Shown in pieces: positions 12,801 through 26,157 of a DNA stretch of 64,000 bases. This DNA comes from Lytechinus pictus. Its lineage: Eukaryota. The notes under the pieces are model-generated. The model was not told the origin of the DNA, did no database searches, and saw nothing but the letters and a program-made list of their open reading frames with translations. The position numbers and the translations under genes are program-made. Within the stretch, counting starts at the first letter, position 1; each line of letters begins with the position of its first letter. Location of the stretch: NCBI RefSeq assembly GCF_037042905.1, contig NC_087252.1, positions 10,604,001 through 10,668,000 on the forward strand. The letters run 5' to 3'.

Positions 12801-15800
12801 ATGGAACATATGAAGGATAGAACTTGCATACTTCAGCATTTTATTGAAGAGAGCCGAGTTCTTCTGTCCTTCCCAGTCATTTTCTACATAACTCAGATCA
12901 GTGTTACTTTTGGCAGGTCCATGTCTGCACATGGTGATGCACACAGTTACATCAACAAAACCGTCACCAGACCAATCAAAGCTATTACTTTATTTCAAAT
13001 GGCATATCATCAATTGGTTTTGAGTCGGTTTTGGTTGGTGTGATTTAAGCATTTGGTGTCATGACTTCAACATTACTACTTACATTTGACAGTGTCTACG
13101 TACTCTAAGCACTCAATCCTTATCAGCGTTGGTCTCCAATTCTACCACATTGAAGAAAACCTTTTTTTTTCTTAACCATTCTTGGGCAACACGAGAGCAA
13201 TAATTGATGATTGATTCAATAAATCTCTGGATAAAATGATACCGAAGAATGATTCAAAGTCTTAACTTTTTTTTTGCCACATTATGAAAAACACTATGCA
13301 ATTACTTTCATGTTTTGATTCCTAGATCATATTTTAAAATTCCACTTGAAATGATTCCTGTTGCATAATTCAAATTTTCACTTAAATTTTAGTCTTTCTG
13401 TATTCAAATGTGTTCATATGCTCAAACTGTCAGAACTTCTTTTCGATGTGAACACACTTTCAAGCCGCAATGTGTTTTTGATATTGATCATGCACAGCCA
13501 AAATGGGGAGTGTTCATATCTATTGAAAGGATACAAACACTGTAAAATCACAAAGTAATGGATCAGTTCTGGCCCTCCCCTCCAGTTATAAAGGAAAAAC
13601 AAAACAAACAATATACTTGCAGGTCACAATTTCTGGATTTGTTGGTCAATTTAGATTCCATTACCTAGTCATTTTATTCAAGTAGGCAAAGTAATTTACA
13701 ATGTAAGCACATATTCATGCATATTTCTAGTTTTGATGTGTATATTCCATATTATCCACAAATCTGTTATTCCTGTATTTCCATATGACCTCTATCTATA
13801 TCTATAATACGTACATATTTTTATGGTATTTTCATAGAACATGTATTCAAAGTAGCCTCCATTTTCAAAGCCATTCCATTTACAGATCTGAGTTTAATGC
13901 CTGTAATAAATGCTTTAAACTTTAAAAGGTAGTACATAGACTTGTGGCAGATACAATACATATGGAAAATAATTTATATATCTGATTAATATCATTTGCT
14001 ATGTAAAAAATATAAGTGGTAAATATCCATACTCATTGCATTTCTTCATTTGATAGATATTGTCATAGAGCATTGATTCCTAGATTTCAATGCATTGCAC
14101 ATCTGTTCATAGTTTCGCATCAAGAAACAAAAATTATAATACCAAAACCAGCCAGGCATTCATGCCCTGGCCACAAAACTCAATTATTAGAACCGTAAAA
14201 AGGTCAACACGATGTTTTTCATTAAGGAATTATCCATTAAAATCAATATTTCTTGCCTTGCTGCCCCGTTCAAGGCGAAATGAAATTCAGGCTACTTTTT
14301 TTAATGAACAAATGATGTCTGCTCTGGAGGGAATTATATTGCAATTTATGGTTGTGTTTGGATATTATCACAAAATGTTGCAAATTTTGGAAGTCTTTGT
14401 ACTCTCTTATCCATTTAATAAGTCGAGGAAGTCATTTTCAGATGTTATATCTTTCAACAAGTCTACCGAGAAATCAGCTTTTAAGTTGAAATTCTAATTA
14501 CATTTGTAACATTGAATATCTGCTGTGCAATGCATGCTTTTACAATGATATTTGTAACTTCATTGTGAATTTCATACACCTTATAGTAAAAATTACACAT
14601 TAAAAAGTTAATATGCATTTTTTGTATACCAGGAGAAATGTATATGTGCATTACATTCCAATGTAAGGTTATTGCGGATTACTGGAATTGGAATTCTTTA
14701 TAGCAGAATATACATGAAGTGTACAACAACATATTTGACCTGAAGCTCAAAGGTCAAATGTACATATCTGGGTTTGCATGAAATCTACCATTATGATGTA
14801 CTTATCTAGATGAAAGTACATTACTTTTCTGTAAAATAGGAAATGGCAGTGGAATGATGATGTAATTGCAGGAATCGGGGGAAAAAATATTTTAAGACTA
14901 TGTAATGCCTTCTAATTTATTTCAATTTCATTAGATATTCTAACTTAGAAAGATAAGCAAGATGCATATGATTTGAGAATCACTAAGAAAGCGACTGTCC
15001 TTATCAAAGAAAAACCTTTAATATTGGAAGAGGCATTGAAGATTTGACTGGAAAAGTGAAAATATGCAAAGAATTCAAACAATTCTGCTCTTAGCATTTC
15101 AAATTTAATGTCTCACTGTACATAGTTATTCACAACTTTTAATTGTATGATCATTTTGAAGAAAAGGATCTTTTTAATCACATCTGGTCTATTTATTTGT
15201 TAATCATTTTGATATAGATAATTTTGTTTTCTTGGTTGATGTAACTTACTTGAGCAATAAACCAACTAATAAATAATTCAAGATTTGTATCACTTTTTTA
15301 GACAGTGCCTTTGTGAAAAATAACTCGCAATTGCAGGTACATAGCATTTTGTAGATTTCTAAACTTTTGACGTCTTACTAGCAATATTCCTCTCTTGGAC
15401 TTCTTTCTTTCCACATTAAAAAAAGAAGAATGGTAAATATCTACCGCGAACATGTAGATGTACACTTTAGAATTTCAGAATTTCATATTCCACCAGTTTT
15501 CAAGGAAATATAAATACCATAAGGATGGAATAGAGAAATGTATATATTGTATACAGTATGTTTTCTATACATGTATGCATGTGACTGTAAAACAATCACG
15601 AATGAAATCAAAGATTGCTTTGCTGAACGCATTTGAAATGTACATCATGGGATGTTCTTACAAAATAGGCTGTACACTAGAGGTTAGTAAAAGTTCAAAT
15701 AATGTATTCATTTTTCAACGCACTCAGCATTATTCATCCTCTCTATTCGCAGCGAATTGTATTCATCATCATATTACATGACAGTGTGATTGTAAACTTG

Positions 15801-16034
15801 ACTGATAAATGCAATTGCCACCTATATCATGATCTTTATCTTTGGGCATAAATATTCAGAGTACCATCAAGAGGCACTTAATTCCATATCGCGCTATCTG
15901 CTGCGACTATAGATAGCATATGTGGAATTGCTCAGATTATGAGAGTGGAATTTCAAGTATGCCCTTGTAGTTAATTACTGTAGGTGAGGTTTTGAAAATT
16001 TGAAAGGCAGATGCATTATGGGATGCATTCACAT

Positions 16035-16210
16035 CTGGGGGCCGTTTCATAAAGCTGTTCATAAGTTAAGAGCGACTTTAAGAACGGCTGGTGAACCTTA
16101 TGTGCTGAATAATCACTAATGAACATTTAATGGTGAACCACAAGAAAGGATCACCAGTCGTTCTTAAAGTTGCTCTTTATTTGCGAACAGCTTTATGAAA
16201 CACCCACCAG
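16035..16210. mobile_element. Palindromic MITE family 1 (Harbinger-like, CWG flanks), copy 1
   Basis: GGGGCCGTTTCATAAAGCTGTTC...GAACAGCTTTATGAAACACCC long TIR; copies at 27661, 28302 and 48731. Confidence 0.8.
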
Positions 16211-16527
16211 GACAGGTTATAAAAATACAGACTTCCTCCTCCTCCTGGATATAAGCTTTGGATATTACTATATTTGTATGACAAAATCATGTACAATTTA
16301 CAGTCTTAAAAGATGAAAAGAGTGTTATACTATGGTTATTTAGATAGGTATTTGTTGTCATGTTTTTGGTACATATATATGTATATAAACATATAGTTTG
16401 TTTGGAATGATATTTGAAGAAGGTATTATCAGTGTTAAACTTCATTTTGTTTTAAAAAATCCTTTCATGCAAGACACAATGGTTGTGATCCCCAACGTTT
16501 TTATTTCATATTGTTTGGTTGATATTC

Positions 16528-16786
16528 CAGGGCCCTGTCTTACAAAGACTTGCGATTGATCCGATCAAATGCAACTATGGACGGCCAGCAACGTCAACAT
16601 ATACAATGCATGGTTGCTCAGAAAATTTTCTTGATTTGAATATAAATCTTGACAATTTGGTTTGTTCTCCTTTGTTTACAAAGGAAATTTTACAAATTTC
16701 CTGTAGAAGAAATTATGACACTGATGGATTTCCATAGAGTTAAGATTGATTGGATCAATCATAACTCTTTGTAAGACGGGCCCCAG
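16528..16786. mobile_element. Harbinger-like MITE flanked by CAG/CAG
   Basis: GGCCCTGTCTTACAAAGA..GATTGATCC pairs with GGATCAATC..CTCTTTGTAAGACGGGCCC. Confidence 0.75.
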
Positions 16787-18094
16787 AGCTGTAAGAACGA
16801 AGAGGAAGCATTGAAGGCGTAACTTCTAGTCAGAAGGGTAATATTTTTAGTTTACATTAGTACTCTGCATAAACGACAAAATATGATTTGGAAAATAAAC
16901 ACACAATTCATCTGCCTTTATTTTTTAAGCTAAGTGAAAACATTTACTTTCTTATTATTAAGTGTAAACATGTATAGTTAATTGATTTTTTTTTTAAGTT
17001 GTATAAAGTGTAAAGTTGGATAAAGCCCTGACCTATTTATGGTTTTGCTTCAGATAGGGTTATTTGTGCAGAAAGCATTTTTATTGTGAATAAAAGTCAT
17101 ATTCGCAACAATTTAAACATGATATGTTTGCCTTTTCATTGAATGATTTTGTTTTAACGGGGACATGCAAGAAACTTGAAATCATTTAAAAACGGGCAAA
17201 ATTTTTATATTTTTTGTTTTATTAATTTTTTTTTTTTGGGGGGGGGCTTCTCTTAACAACCTACCTCCTAAATGTACAACAATGAATAAACTAAACATTG
17301 CAATGCTTGGGAATTTTCTGGGCTCTTTTTTTTTTGTTTAGATTCCAGGGCTCTTGAGCATTTCAGTGGCAAATCCCCCTGAGTCATTGGGTATTTTTCC
17401 CCCTGATTGCAAATCTATTTGTTCTCTTCAAATTAATCAAATATCTTGTAATTGCAAATTTACAACTGATTGCTAGGCCCCTTTGCATAAAAGTTTACAT
17501 TGTGGTTACATTGCCATGCAATAGCATGGGCGGAAATCCCAGGGGGGGGGGGCACACAATCAAATGTCCCCCCTACTACAATACATTTTGGGTGATAACC
17601 TTTTTTTTTCTTGTCAATTTTTTTTTTTTAAATGACTTTACATTAAATGTTAAATGTTCTATGATCGTCGCTAAAGCTTTGTCTTATGGTCCCTAGGTCT
17701 GCTTATAGCAACAAGGAGGTATAAATCTATTTGTTGCAGCTTAATATTGATTTATCAATACTACATTGCAATACAATTTCTTTGGGAGTTCTAATTTCTT
17801 GCCACTCCCTTTAAGAGCCCTGTTACGGTACAACTGTTGGCAAGTATAGAATGGAAAGATGAAAGAAAAGAGGGAAGAAGGGGTGAAGATGAGTGTGTGT
17901 GAGTAAATAGCCCCCTCCCCAAAAAAAAAATAAGTCGCCCAATAAGAATTTTCATATTTTAATTTTAGCGTGAAAAAGCACATCTAAAGCTTTTAAATGA
18001 TTTGTAATTTGTCAAAATTGATCAACAATAACACTAGTACTTGATTGAAAGCATACAAAGTTAAGGGAAAGCTGAAAAAATGAGAAAATAAGGT

Positions 18095-20735
18095 TTGAAG
18101 TTTGAGGTTCACTCATGCATGAAATTTGCGTGCTAGTTCTACGCAATCTCTGTAAAACTTTATAGTCTGGAAAATTGGTGTCTAAGATACTCTTGTATCT
18201 TGTATTTAATTCACTTACACTACTTCCAATATCGACAGTATAAAGCTATACTTTTTCATTTAAATTAATTTTCTATATTTTGTAAACTTTATTTTTACTT
18301 GAAATTTAGACAATATAAAGAAGAATAATTACTCTTTTTGATAATTTTTTTTTAATTTATTTTCATTTTTTGCCTTTTGAAGACCAAGTTACTATTTTGA
18401 ATTTGTCAACAGATTCTTCACAGGTGATTTTGGGTGGCTGGTCACAAATAATACGCCCTTAAGCTCTAACATTAAGGGGAATATTAGCGAAAAAAAAATC
18501 TCCCAAATCATTGTTCATCATGAAGATGCATCTACATCATCGTAATGACCATTTCAATGAACAAAATAAACATTGAACGTATATCACACAGTCATCTTTA
18601 AATCATGATTAAAACCACGTGGTTACATTCTTTGGTGTGAGCAAAATTACAAAGCAATTACAAAAGTGAACCCGATTTGAAAAAAGTACAAATTCGAAAT
18701 AATGTTCATAATGGTATTTATTCAAATAATAATCGTCGCAGTCTTTTGGCTAAATTACAATGAAAAAAAAAATGCATGCAGCGTGGAGAGTAATTGCGAG
18801 CATATAAATCATGATTGAAGAGAAAAGGGGGAAGGGAAGTAGAAAGGATAGAAGAATGTAAATTGGAGAGTAAGATAAAAGGAACTGGATTTACTTTATA
18901 ATGATAAAGGAGCTTAGTATAGGCTAAATACTCGAATAATAAACAAATTGAATATATAGAAATTAATTAAAAATCTAGATAATACATGAAATTTATAATC
19001 TGAGAAACAATTGATTATTAAATGTAAATTGATATAATTACAATATAATTGTGATTATACAGACCAGTCGAATATATGTTGAATTAGTAATTTGTTGGGT
19101 TGAATAGTTTATATCACGTCTAAAGCATTAGATATAGTTGTACAAAGACAATGAATTTGACTGCCATACAGCATAAACATTTATTATAAATCACATGCCC
19201 AAGAAAAAAAATCTCAAAAAATGGATTAAAATTATGTTATCAGGAATTGATCGTTACCAGCGTTGGCCTACTATTTCAACGTCTTTTACCAAAAAGTCAG
19301 AAAAACAATTAAAAATATTAAAATTTTGTTATCAGGAACTGATCGTTACCACCGTATTTTTTTTCCGACTGGTCCGTACTATTTCAACGTATTTTACTAA
19401 TACATACACACAGAAAAACAATAAAAAAAGGGATTAAAATTATGTTATCAGGAATTAATCGTCAGAGTATGATTAACATCTTTTACCATTTATATACACA
19501 CAGAAGAAACAATCACAAAAATTGATTAAAATTATGTTATCAGGAATTAATCGTTGTCGGAGTACTGATTAACATCTTTTACTATTTATATACACACACA
19601 CAGAAAAACAATCACAAAAAATGGATTGAAATTATGTTATCAGGAATTAATCGTCAGAGTATGATTAACATCTTTTACCATTTATATACACACAGAAGAA
19701 ACAATCACAAAAATGGATTAAAATTATGTTATCAGGAATTAATCGTTGTCGGAGTACTGATTAACATCTTTTACTATTTATATACACACACACAGAAAAA
19801 CAATCACAAAAATGGATTGAAATTATGTTATCAGGAATTAATCGTTAGAGTATGATTAACATCTTTTACCATTTATATACACACAGAAGAAACAATCACA
19901 AAAATTGATTAAAATTATGTTATCAGGAATTAATCGTTGTCGGAGTACTGATTAACATATTTTACTATTTATATACACACACACAGAAAAACAATCACAA
20001 AAAATGGATTGAAATTATGTTATCAGGAATTAATCGTCAGAGTATGATTAACATCTTATACCATTTATATACACACAGAAGAAACAATCACAAAAATGGA
20101 TTAAAATTATGTTATCAGGAATTAATCGATGTCGGAGTACTGATTAACATCTTTTACTATTTATATACACACACACACACAGAAAAACAATCACGAAAAT
20201 GGATTGAAATTATGTTATCAGGAATTAATCGTCAGAGTATGATTAACATCTTTTACCATTTATATACACACAGAAAAACAATCACGAAAATGGATTAAAA
20301 TTATGTTGTCAGGAATTGATCGATATCCGTGTACCGATTCAACATCTTTTACCATTTACATTTAAATATGTACACAAACAGAAAAGCAATCATAAAAAAA
20401 ATGGATTAAAATTATGTTATCGGAAATTTATCGTTATTAGAGTACTAATTTACATACACACAGAAAAACAATCACATAAAATGGATTAAAATTATGTTAT
20501 CAGGAATTAGTCGTTATCAGATTACTGATTAGCATCTTTTACCATTTTATACACACATAAAAGATTAGGCCTAGATTAAAATTTTTTATCAGGAATTGAT
20601 CGATATCAGAGTACCGATTCAACATCTTTTACCATTTACATGCACACATTACCTCATGTACTTGACTCCCTTGATAGAGGATAAATACAAGTTGCATATG
20701 GATTTTCATTGAAATATGCTAGTATAAAACATTAT
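18095..20735 (+). repeat. Segmental duplication block, paralogous to 34340-38065
   Basis: Shared unique sequence such as AATCGTCGCAG-CTTTTGGCT, GGGAAGGGAAGTAGAAAGGATAGAAG and CATGTACTTGAC-CC-TTGATAGAGGA in the same order in both blocks. Confidence 0.8.
19200..20645 (+). repeat. ~95-bp tandem satellite with ~192-bp dimeric higher-order repeat
   Basis: Core GATT(A/G)AAATTATGTTATCAGGAATT recurs at alternating ~91 and ~100 bp spacing (about 19431, 19522, 19623, 19714, 19813, 19905, 20006). Confidence 0.95.
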
Positions 20736-21160
20736 ATAAGATAATGAAATAAATTAATATTTATTTCAATAAGTGCACGAAGATGAAATGTAAAGAAATG
20801 CATGATACAATTTGTAAAGAACAGTACTCTTGCAAAATATTTACTCAATCCTATGAACCTGGCAAGGGTTACATTGATGAATTATATTAAATGTTTGTGC
20901 TATAAAACTTGCAACAGATATTATATTAGATAGCCAAGACAGATAGCCGAGCGCGATTGGTCCATTTGTTGTTGTTGTTATTTTAATTAGGCAAACTAGT
21001 CAGTTTTGACTATTGTTGCCTTGTTACTTTGTTTTTTTTTATTGTCAAAAGGTCCATAGCGCGTCACGTGATATGATTGAAATCAATGTATTTTCCCAGC
21101 TGGTCCACCTTCGATGAATATATTGAGCAGCCGGTCCATGAACATATTTTTCTACGTGTA

Positions 21161-21176
21161 TGGCGCCATCTTGTGG
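21161..21176 (-). promoter_or_regulatory. CTCF-like motif
   Basis: Minus strand CCACAAGATGGCGCCA resembles the CTCF core CCACnAGRKGGCRC. Confidence 0.5.
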
Positions 21177-21241
21177 ATTAGATGTTACCAATTACACGGA
21201 AATAACATATATGTGGGACTAAAGTAGCAGTCGTTTGCAAT

Positions 21242-21287
21242 CATAGAGATATATATACTAATAACGCAATTAGTATACATCTCTATG
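21242..21287. mobile_element. 46-bp hAT-like micro-element with 8-bp target-site duplication
   Basis: CATAGAGAT...ATCTCTATG hairpin flanked by exact TTTGCAAT at 21234-21241 and 21288-21295. Confidence 0.7.
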
Positions 21288-22271
21288 TTTGCAATCGATC
21301 AACACTCTTTGAACGTACCGGACCGCGGAATTTAAGTGAGAGCGACGAGCCTACTAGTTCTACGAGTTATATATCTAACGACGTTAGGCCTTCTCCAGTT
21401 ATTTGTGTTGACAAGAATAACCGTCATTTCTGAAATTAATATGGGGATATATTTAACAATTTCTGGATATGTATTGGTGAGTGGAGCCAATGTCAACAGT
21501 TAGTTTATAGCAGATAGAGACTGATGGCGAAGCTTACTTCTAAAACTTTTACTACTATTAGTTTTGGATTTGGTCTAACGTCAAACTCAAAGATTTGAGG
21601 TGATGTCTGAGAGCAATGAGGAATAAGATCAGCTTTTGGACGATAAAATTGGGTAAGTAGATCTAGATCTAGATTAGATTTAGGCATAGCCTAGGCCAAG
21701 CCCAAGATCTAAGTTAGGTCTAGCGTTTTATCGTGTTAAATATACTAGATCTAGGCTAATTAGAGAAATCTAGCGTTAAATCTTGCTAACGACAATGTAA
21801 GTTAGTGTTACTTCGCAAAACATAAGTTAGATTTGGTCATGGACCTGGTTCGACACCAGAAAGATCAGGACCACCACCAACAGAAGTCTGACATAGTCAT
21901 AGGCCTAGATGATAGATCTAGATCTAACTTAGTCATGTTTACGGTCATCCCCAATTAGATCAGAATCTGCATCTGATGATGGCTCAACATGCATTCTCGA
22001 TCTGGCTTGGGTCCTGCATGGACCTGGACTGGACTCTAAATTAGATCTAACAAGTTAGGCCTAAACAAGCTTGATTTTGATTTGATAGAAAATGGGCATT
22101 CAATGCGCTAGACTAACATTACTTATATAGTACCAGTTCCATCAGTCACTGTGAATATCATACACAACTAATCTACTGCACGCACCGTATACTGTGTATA
22201 GCCCTATAGGCCTATCTAATTTTAAGTTTAGATTTAACGTTAGATCTATCTTCTTCATTCAAGGCTATCTA

Positions 22272-22474
22272 ATATAACAGATATTGACTAATGGAATGTG
22301 TAAAAACACATTCTTTGGACCGCCTAAAGCCAAGGATTTATATTTTCCCTCGTGATCATATTTTCCCTCAGGCTCAGCGCTTTGGAAAAATATTATAACC
22401 CCTCGGGAAAATATAAATCCGGCGGTCCAAAGAATGTTTATATTACACATCCCATCAGTCAATATCTGTATAAT
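22272..22474. mobile_element. Palindromic non-autonomous element (possibly Crypton-derived)
   Basis: ACAGATATTGACT..ACATTCTTTGGACCGCC pairs with GGCGGTCCAAAGAATGT..AGTCAATATCTGT. Confidence 0.6.
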
Positions 22475-23394
22475 ATATATATACGACATTGGTGTACAGA
22501 CAGGGGGGGGGGTGGATATCAGTAATATACATACATGCACAGCGGTCGCGTGCATCCGTTTACCGCGACCCCGTTCCGGACGTTCCACAGTTATGTTTGT
22601 GCGCATCATGATCTGCGCATATTTTACACTCTGCGCGCTGACGTCACAATGGATGAACTTGTGATTTAATCAGCTGTAGGTAATGTGAGCTGATTTTTCT
22701 CCTTATCTACATTAACTGCAGATCTGATGTGTTATTTTATGAAGCTAATAAACTGGAATTATTCCATGGACCATTTTTTTTTATTCCTCTACAATTTCAA
22801 AATAGATTCTCTGTAGTGCTGCAAAGTATGATGAATATGACCTCGAGTATGAAAAAATGGAAAAGTGGTTCGGAATTTTTCCTCACATAGATACTGCTTT
22901 TGGCGCGTTTTCGGGTGTTTGAAGAAGCAAATTTGCTCTAATAAGAGTGCTGATAGTTTGAAAACAAGCAAATGAACCCATATTTTTTAATGTTTGCACC
23001 TCTTAGGTATACCTTCCTGTACAACTTTGCAAAGTTTGGTGAAAATGACATGGGTTTTGAATAAAGTGCAGCATTTCTTATACTTCTCAAGTTTGTTATT
23101 GAAATTTGACATTTTTTAGGTTGAGTATCTTTCCCGCAATTTCTAAGAACTGAGGGTGTTGTTAGACTTAAATGAGCAAACAATTGCCAGCAATCGATAG
23201 ATTATCCATCTTACGGATACAATTATTAATCATATTGCAAAATTTGATGAAATTTTCATGGATTTTGACTGATTAATAGGGCTTTAATCTCAATGTTGTG
23301 ATCTCGTGAGGTCTAAATTCGAATTCTTTTGGATGCGCAATTCTTAAGAACATCATCCATTTTGGGTTAACTTTTAAGCTCTATAGCAAAAAAT

Positions 23395-24865
23395 CAAGCA
23401 CATGGACCCATGTTAATTTTTGCATATTTTGAATATTCAGGTGCTAAAGTATCTATGTGCAAAGTATGATGAAAACGACATGGATTTTCAATGTTTGGGA
23501 GCAAGACTACGGAACCACTCGCATTTTAGACGGTATTAACAGACTTTTGCTTGTTTTCGGTGCATTTTGGGCTGTTTCAAGCCAACACGCAATATTTTGG
23601 ACACTGATTATTTTTTAAAACGAGCACATGGACCCCAAATTTGTAATGTCTTAACTTCTTCAGAATCTATTCCTTTACAAATCTAGAGAGTATGATGAAA
23701 ATGACATGGATTTTGAATGTTTGGGAGCAGGACTAAGGAACCATTCGTATTTTAGACATTTTGGACGGTATTAGACTTTTGCCCGTTTTAGGCGCATTAT
23801 AGACTGTTTAAAGCCAACTCGCAACACTTTGGACACTGATAATTTGAAAACGAGCACATGGACCCCATAATTTAAACATCTTAACGTCTTCACAATATAT
23901 TCCTCTACAAATCTAGAGAGTATGATGAAAATGACATGGATTTTGAATGTTTGGGAGCAGGACTAAGGAACCATTCGTATTTTTGACATTTTGGGGGTAT
24001 TCGACTTTTGCCCGTTTTAGGCGCATTATAGACTGTTTAAAGCCAACTCGCAACACTTTGGACACTGGTTATTTGAAAACGAGCACATGGACCCCATAAT
24101 TTAAACATCTTAACGTCTTCACAATATATTTCTCTACAAATCTAGAGAGAATGATGAAAATGACATGAATTTTGAATGTTTGGGAGCAGGACTAAGGAAC
24201 CATTCGTGTTTTAGACATTTTTGGACTGTATAATCAGACTTGTTTTCGGTGCATTTTGGGCTTTTTCAAGCCAACTCGCAACAGTTTAGACACTGATAGC
24301 TTAAAAACGGGCACATGGACCCCATGTTTTTAATATTTTAACGTCATCAGAATATATTCCTCTGTAAATCTAAAGAATATGATGACATTGACATGGATTT
24401 TGAATGTTTGGGAGCAAAACTACGGAACTATTCGCATTTTAGACGGTATTATATATTAGACTTTTGCACGTTTTCGGCGCATTTTAGGTGGATTTCAATA
24501 TTTTCAAGCAAACTCGCAACACATTGGACACTGATAGATTAAAAAACGAGCACATGGACCCCATATTTTTAATATTTTAATGTCTTTAGAATATATTCCT
24601 CTACAAATCTAGAGAATATGATGAAAATGACATGGATTTTGAATGTTTTGGAGCGTAATATGGAACCATTTGCATTTTAGGGTATTAAGAGACTTTTGCA
24701 TGTTTTCGGCGCTTTTTAGGCGATTTTCAAGCCAACTCGCATCACTTTGAACACTCATAGTTAAAAAACGAGCTCATGGACCCCATATTTTTAACTTCCC
24801 TACACCTTCGATATGCATTCCTCTACAATTTAGCCGAATTTGTTGAAAATGACATGGATTTTAAA
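23395..24865 (+). repeat. ~229-bp tandem array (about 6.5 copies) inside a larger composite repeat spanning ~22.7-26.0 kb
   Basis: GC(A/T)CATGGACCC at about 23398, 23624, 23853, 24082, 24311, 24549 and 24772, each followed by a GATGAAAATGACATGGATTTT-like motif. Confidence 0.9.
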
Positions 24866-25321
24866 AAAAGTGCAGCTTACAAAATACTTTTTTAATTTTT
24901 GAGTAGATTCACGTCTTTGAAGATTTGTTTTTTTCCGAGTTTTTGCACCATTCTTGCCAAATGAGGGCGCTGCTGACTCCAAATAGATACAGTTCTACCA
25001 ATTAAAAGACTTTCTCTTTCTTTTGTATACACTTTGTTATATATCTTGAAAATTTGATGAAGTTTGATGCGGTATCTACTGAGTAAAGATGATTTACACT
25101 CATTTGGTGAATTCGTGAGGTCTAAGGGAGGCATAATTCTCTTGATTGCGCAAGATTGCATATCATTGAAATACGGCGACTTTGAAGACCCGTAGAAAAA
25201 AAATAAGCACATGAACCTATGTTATTTTTTGCATTTTCATAATGCATAGATACCAAAGTAACTCTCTGCAAAATTTGGTGAAAATGACATGGACTTCATT
25301 TTAACTGTGCAACGTCCTTAA

Positions 25322-25903
25322 AGGGATGGTCCGGGCTGAAAGTATTTATAGCTTAACAAATAGAGTAGAATTCACTGAGCAAAATGCCGAAAATTTCATC
25401 AAAATCGGATAACAGATAACAAAGTTATTGAATTTTAAAGTTTAGCAATATTTTGTGAAAACAGTCGTCATGAATATTCATTAGGTGGGCTGATGATGTC
25501 ACATCTCCACTTGTTCTTTTGTATTTTATTATATGAAATTAGGTTTATTCAAATTTTTTCCTCTAAGAACTAGAAAAATTGAATTGACAATTGATTTAGT
25601 GCATTAGATATTTATTGCTGCAACTTATTTCATTATAAAAGAGACATATTATTCACACAAGTATGAAATAATGAAAAAAATATGATTTTATGTAATAACA
25701 TAAGAAAACAGAAAGTGGAGATGTGACATCATCAGCCCATCTAATGAATATTCATGACGACTGTTTTCACAAAATATTGCTAAACTTTAAACTTCAATAA
25801 CTTTATTATTTGTTATCCGATTTTGATGAAATTTTCAGCATTTTGCTCAGTGAATTCTACTCTATGTATTAAGATATGAATATTTTCAGCCCGGACCATC
25901 CCT
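25322..25903. mobile_element. Kolobok-type MITE with TTAA target duplication and ~190-bp TIRs
   Basis: TTAA|AGGGATGGTCCGGGCTGAAA...TTTCAGCCCGGACCATCCCT|TTAA with near-perfect long arms. Confidence 0.9.
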
Positions 25904-26141
25904 TTAACACACCACCCAGTATATTTCGTTCCCAAGACCCCATATTTTACCCTTAATAAACCTCCGCCATTTCAGGATTCCGTGAGGCACACCCCCATAA
26001 AAAAATTTGATTGAGTGCCCCCCCGGGACTGAGCCAAGTATGATTGATCCATAGATCCATAGCCCGTCACAGTCATGATGATTGAAATCTGTACATTTTC
26101 CCCGCCGGTCACCTTTGAAAAAAAATATTTTTATACGTGTA

Positions 26142-26157
26142 TGGTGCCCTCTCGTGG
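26142..26157 (-). promoter_or_regulatory. CTCF-like motif, second copy within a ~150-bp direct repeat of 21052-21210
   Basis: Minus strand CCACGAGAGGGCACCA. Confidence 0.5.

Noticed and set aside
12729..17983. Short ORFs downstream of the IQ exon
   Set aside because: AT-rich, no recognisable domains or exon pattern; consistent with 3' UTR, intergenic DNA and MITEs.
19200..20645. Regular repeats as a CRISPR array, and the short repeated ORFs across them
   Set aside because: The units are contiguous tandem copies without unique spacers, no cas genes are present and the context is eukaryotic; the ORFs are satellite translations.
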